A DNA stretch of 64,000 nucleotides, from NCBI GenBank assembly GCA_905178155.1, contig CAJINV010000020.1:310001-374000 (forward strand). The letters are read 5' to 3'. Made by a program: the position numbers and the translations under genes. Under the pieces are notes generated by a model. That model had not been told where the DNA came from, did not search any database, and saw only the letters and a program-made list of their open reading frames with translations. This document shows, piece by piece, positions 60,721-64,000 of this stretch. Positions within the stretch are counted from its first letter, which is position 1. Each line of letters opens with the position of its first letter. The stretch is from Amoebophrya sp. A120 (Eukaryota > Protista > Dinoflagellata).

Positions 60721-61562
60721 GCCTACAACTCCATCGAGTACTACCCGCTGGCCCTGCAGTACATCCGCGAACCGCTGTATTCGGGGAAAATTTTGCTGAA
60801 TCGAGAGAAGCAAAGTCGACGTGTTGCATGGTAATTGTACTTCATTGTGCGCAGAATTGCTGACTAAATTGATCGTGTGCGAGACGAGGTCTAACATACG
60901 CTGCAGGACGACTATGCTATCCCTTGATTCTTTACTTTTCCCCTTTCGTGGTCTATACGTTCCGCACCCGGCGCAGTCTGGAGCACATCAAGGAGCACAA
61001 TGACGAGCACGACTACTGGGGTGACTTTTGGAAGCGGCTCGTGAGCCGGCCCAACGGGCTGTGCCCCTTCGGCTGCGACTGGAATCACGAAATGGACGAA
61101 TCCTTCACCTTCTACATCGCCAGCCAAGCCGTCGTGCGCAAGGACCGCATTCTCCGGCACCCGCAGGACTGGTACCGCGGGTTTTTGCATTTGAGCGAGG
61201 AGGAAGAAGCTCGCGGGGATTCCCTGACCGAGCACCTCCGCTGGCTCAGCAACAATTCGGGGTTGCTGGAGGCCGCGTGGTATCCTGTGCAAAAGTATCG
61301 TACTCGTAGTAATTATTGGAAATATGCATGACAAATCTTCTTGCTAAGGTAAAACAGCATTACATACAAATTCCATTTCTAATCTTGAGGCAATTTGTAT
61401 TGCGATTTATACTAGTGCGATACTTTTGCAATGCAGACGTGGCCGGCGATTTTGGGCGAGCCTCTGACGGAGCCGACGCGGGACGAGGACCCGAGGTTGC
61501 CGCTGTCACTGAAGCTGTCTATTACGACAAGGTATTCCGACGGACAGGCCGGGGTGATATGA
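60721..61562 (+). CDS. Second, paralogous 3' module of the DUF3431 gene (alternative terminal exons or partial duplicate)
   Basis: AYNSIEYYPLALQYIREPL..RPNGLCPFGCDWNHEM..ASQAVVRKDRILRHPQDWY..LLEAAWPAILGE..; starts at a phase-0 CAG acceptor. Confidence 0.8.
61281..61437. mobile_element. Introner family B (157 bp)
   Basis: TGCAAAAGTATCG / CGATACTTTTGCA TIR; TSD CGTGG. Confidence 0.9.
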
Positions 61563-62139
61563 GCGGGAATTAGGCCATTTCTTTATTCCTTCGTTCTTGA
61601 TGTAGCATTTTTGAGCTCTAGTATTCTTGCTGCGACTTCCTGTGTAAGTAAGTAGTAGTTTGATGCGCGGCCGCCGTATTTGACGCATCGCAAAAATGTG
61701 CGGCGTTTCTTGCAACTGATTCCAACGCGAACGCAAACGCACTGACACCTTGATGTAGTTGTCGACTTCATCAAATTGCGGGGCTTGTCGTGATAGGACC
61801 AGAAGCACGACGTCGTCGGAAAGAAATACTGTCCGGCCGAGTCAGTTCTTGTGTTTCCTTTGAGAATGACATAAAGCGGCACTTGCTACGAGAGAGATAC
61901 TGTTGCAAGCGGGAGACGCGCCTTTGATGCATGTGAGCGACGCGGAGGGTAACATAAGGTGTGCTGCCTGCTGGCTGTGTATACTTCCTGCATAGAAGTT
62001 ACAATCAGGGCTGCAGCAGCACGAGCAGCCTAATTATCAAAACCACTTGCTTGTAGATAAGAAAAAGGGACGAGGAAGGCGGCCGTTTGGCCGGCAAGAA
62101 TTTTTCTCGACCAACCGCCTGCTGCATCACTGAAAAATT

Positions 62140-63809
62140 ATGACGACGGCGCTGGTATCCAGCATGATTTCGGACGAGATTTCTTTCGCCATCGCGGCGG
62201 GAATCGGGGTCTGCACGCTCGCCTATCTTCACATGCGGATGACCGGGGGGATGAAAAATCAGGACAAGAAGAATCATGTCGATGCGGCGCAAGAACCTGT
62301 ATTGCTGCAGGACGAGGAGCGGCGGGCGGAGCAGCATGCGAATCTTCCTTCTGCGAGGAAAACTACCACGACGAACAAGAACCCTGAAAGAAGATCTTCG
62401 TGGTTCAGTGACAATGTCATGGAGCAAAGAAATTCATTTAGTAAGGGCGATGCAAGTAGTTCTTGCAGCAATGCCGATGCTCGGGGCTGCACTGAGACCA
62501 AATCTCGCCTCAGTGCCTTTTTCTCATTTTCCGGAGAAAGTGCTTCTACCACATCACACGTTTCGACGGCGAGCGAAAAGACACCAACGACTTCCACGAG
62601 TGCGGCGACGAGCAAGGAATCAGTGGGAGGTGGAACAACTACAGCATCCGAGCAGGATCCTCCACTGGATATTAAACCACGGTGGACCAGTTTTTTCTCC
62701 GCAGCACCCGCTTCCGGTTGTACTTCTAGTTCTATGAAGATCGCAACCTCCTCCCGACGTCCGGAAGAACTACAACACAATGACGTCGATTGCGGCGCCA
62801 GCACGTTTTCGGAGCAAACCGAAGACGACGAGGATTCGGACGAAAGTGTAGCTTCCAGCACGCTCCTCTACTCCACAGGCGGGAATAAAGCCAGCCATTT
62901 ACTCTTACCCGATCTCGGGTTTCGGCTCGAAGTCGGCGAACTATCAACTGCAAATATGTCTGGGTCTGGGAGATTGCGAGATTTGTCATGCTAGTCTGGC
63001 ATGACTCTGGGATTTGTATTGCGTGGCAACCAAGAGCTCCTCTAGCCTGTCATGCAAACACGCAATTTCTCATGCGGAATACGCAACAAAGAAGCATGAA
63101 AAAACTTGTGATGCATGGCGGCGCATTACAGTGTCCTTATTATTCAGTGACCTGCATCACACTTTCCAGACCCAGACATTTTTGCATTTGATACGAACAC
63201 CAAATGTACCACGGTAGGATGCAGTTCACGGTCCGCCTGCTCGAGTGGCGCGACAAGAGCCCGAACGAGCAAGTCACTCTCGCAAAAGCCACCCGTTCCT
63301 ATTCCCAGTTCAAAAAGCTGCACAAAACGACCAACAGCAAGCAGCACACGCCGTTTCTGCGCCGCCTGCTGTTCTCGTCCCACGTCAGCAAGGTGCAGCA
63401 GCGGACGGAGTGCCTGCAAAAGTTCTGCGCAAGGTTGCGGGTGTCAGACCGGAATCTGAAGCTGCTGGCGGCGTTCTTGGCTTTGCGGAGTGGAAGTGAG
63501 GAAGAGACGCGGCTCCTCGAAGCGTTCGCGAAGCAAGCGGGTGCGGAAGAATTTTTCTGCTTTGCTGTTCATCTTTCAGGATGTCTTTATTGTCTTGCTC
63601 TTGCGGAAGTTCTGGGTTGTAGTCTTTGTCCTGTCCACGTGGCCTGGACTATTGCTGCACCTCCCCTGCGCATTTTGCTTCTGAAAGTGTACTCCTTTGC
63701 TGTCGTCCACTGCCGCATCATGAAGAAAGCAAGAATGTCCTCGGCGTCACACATACTTACGTGCTTACTTGCTAGTGCATCTGTGTTCGTTGCTCTAGCT
63801 CGCGGCTAG
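62140..63809 (+). CDS. N-terminally anchored protein with a PX-like domain; 3' end uncertain
   Basis: TM segment ISFAIAAGIGVCTLAYL; after introner removal EVGEHQMYHGRMQFTV..TRSYSQFKKLHK..VQQRTECLQKFC..LLAAFL. Confidence 0.65.
62942..63193. mobile_element. Introner family A (252 bp), inverted relative to the copy at 11660
   Basis: TIR; TSD CGAAC. Confidence 0.95.
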
Positions 63810-64000
63810 TCGTACAAAAATTGTCGTGGCATTGGTGTACGTGGCGTATTTTTTACATGGACAGCACTTCTACAAGAGGAAGTAGAAACTCTTCGGCAGG
63901 CACGACACCGTGAGGGGAGTGCGACATTCTGCATTGAGCAAGAGGTGAAAATAGATGGATTGACAGAGCAGACACTTTCAGAAGTGGTGTAGTACGTGAT

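Overview
Eukaryotic, gene-dense window with about 20 protein-coding genes, all on the + strand. The unidirectional gene cluster, two CPW-WPC genes and many TIR-bounded non-canonical introns point to a myzozoan alveolate, most likely the parasitic dinoflagellate Amoebophrya (inference). Recognisable genes are Sec61 alpha, Per1/PGAP3, an ABCG half-transporter, a RING-H2+ankyrin protein, a pyridoxamine-oxidase-like FMN-binding protein, two CPW-WPC proteins, a DUF3431 protein, a PX-domain protein and a DUF3253 protein. About 17 MITE-like introners (155-270 bp, mostly TAT...ATA ends with 5-bp target duplications) interrupt coding exons. For most, removing the element plus one duplication copy restores the reading frame. 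Main highlights: (1) a DUF3253 gene with an in-frame UGA at the family's conserved Cys and a SECIS-like 3' hairpin, a candidate selenoprotein hidden by an introner; (2) same-family introners in both orientations, with a series from non-canonical to GT-AG introns; (3) a compound insertion carrying a 37-bp exact copy of a neighbouring gene's exon; (4) a DUF3431 gene with two paralogous alternative 3' halves. All exon structures were assembled by eye, without transcript data.
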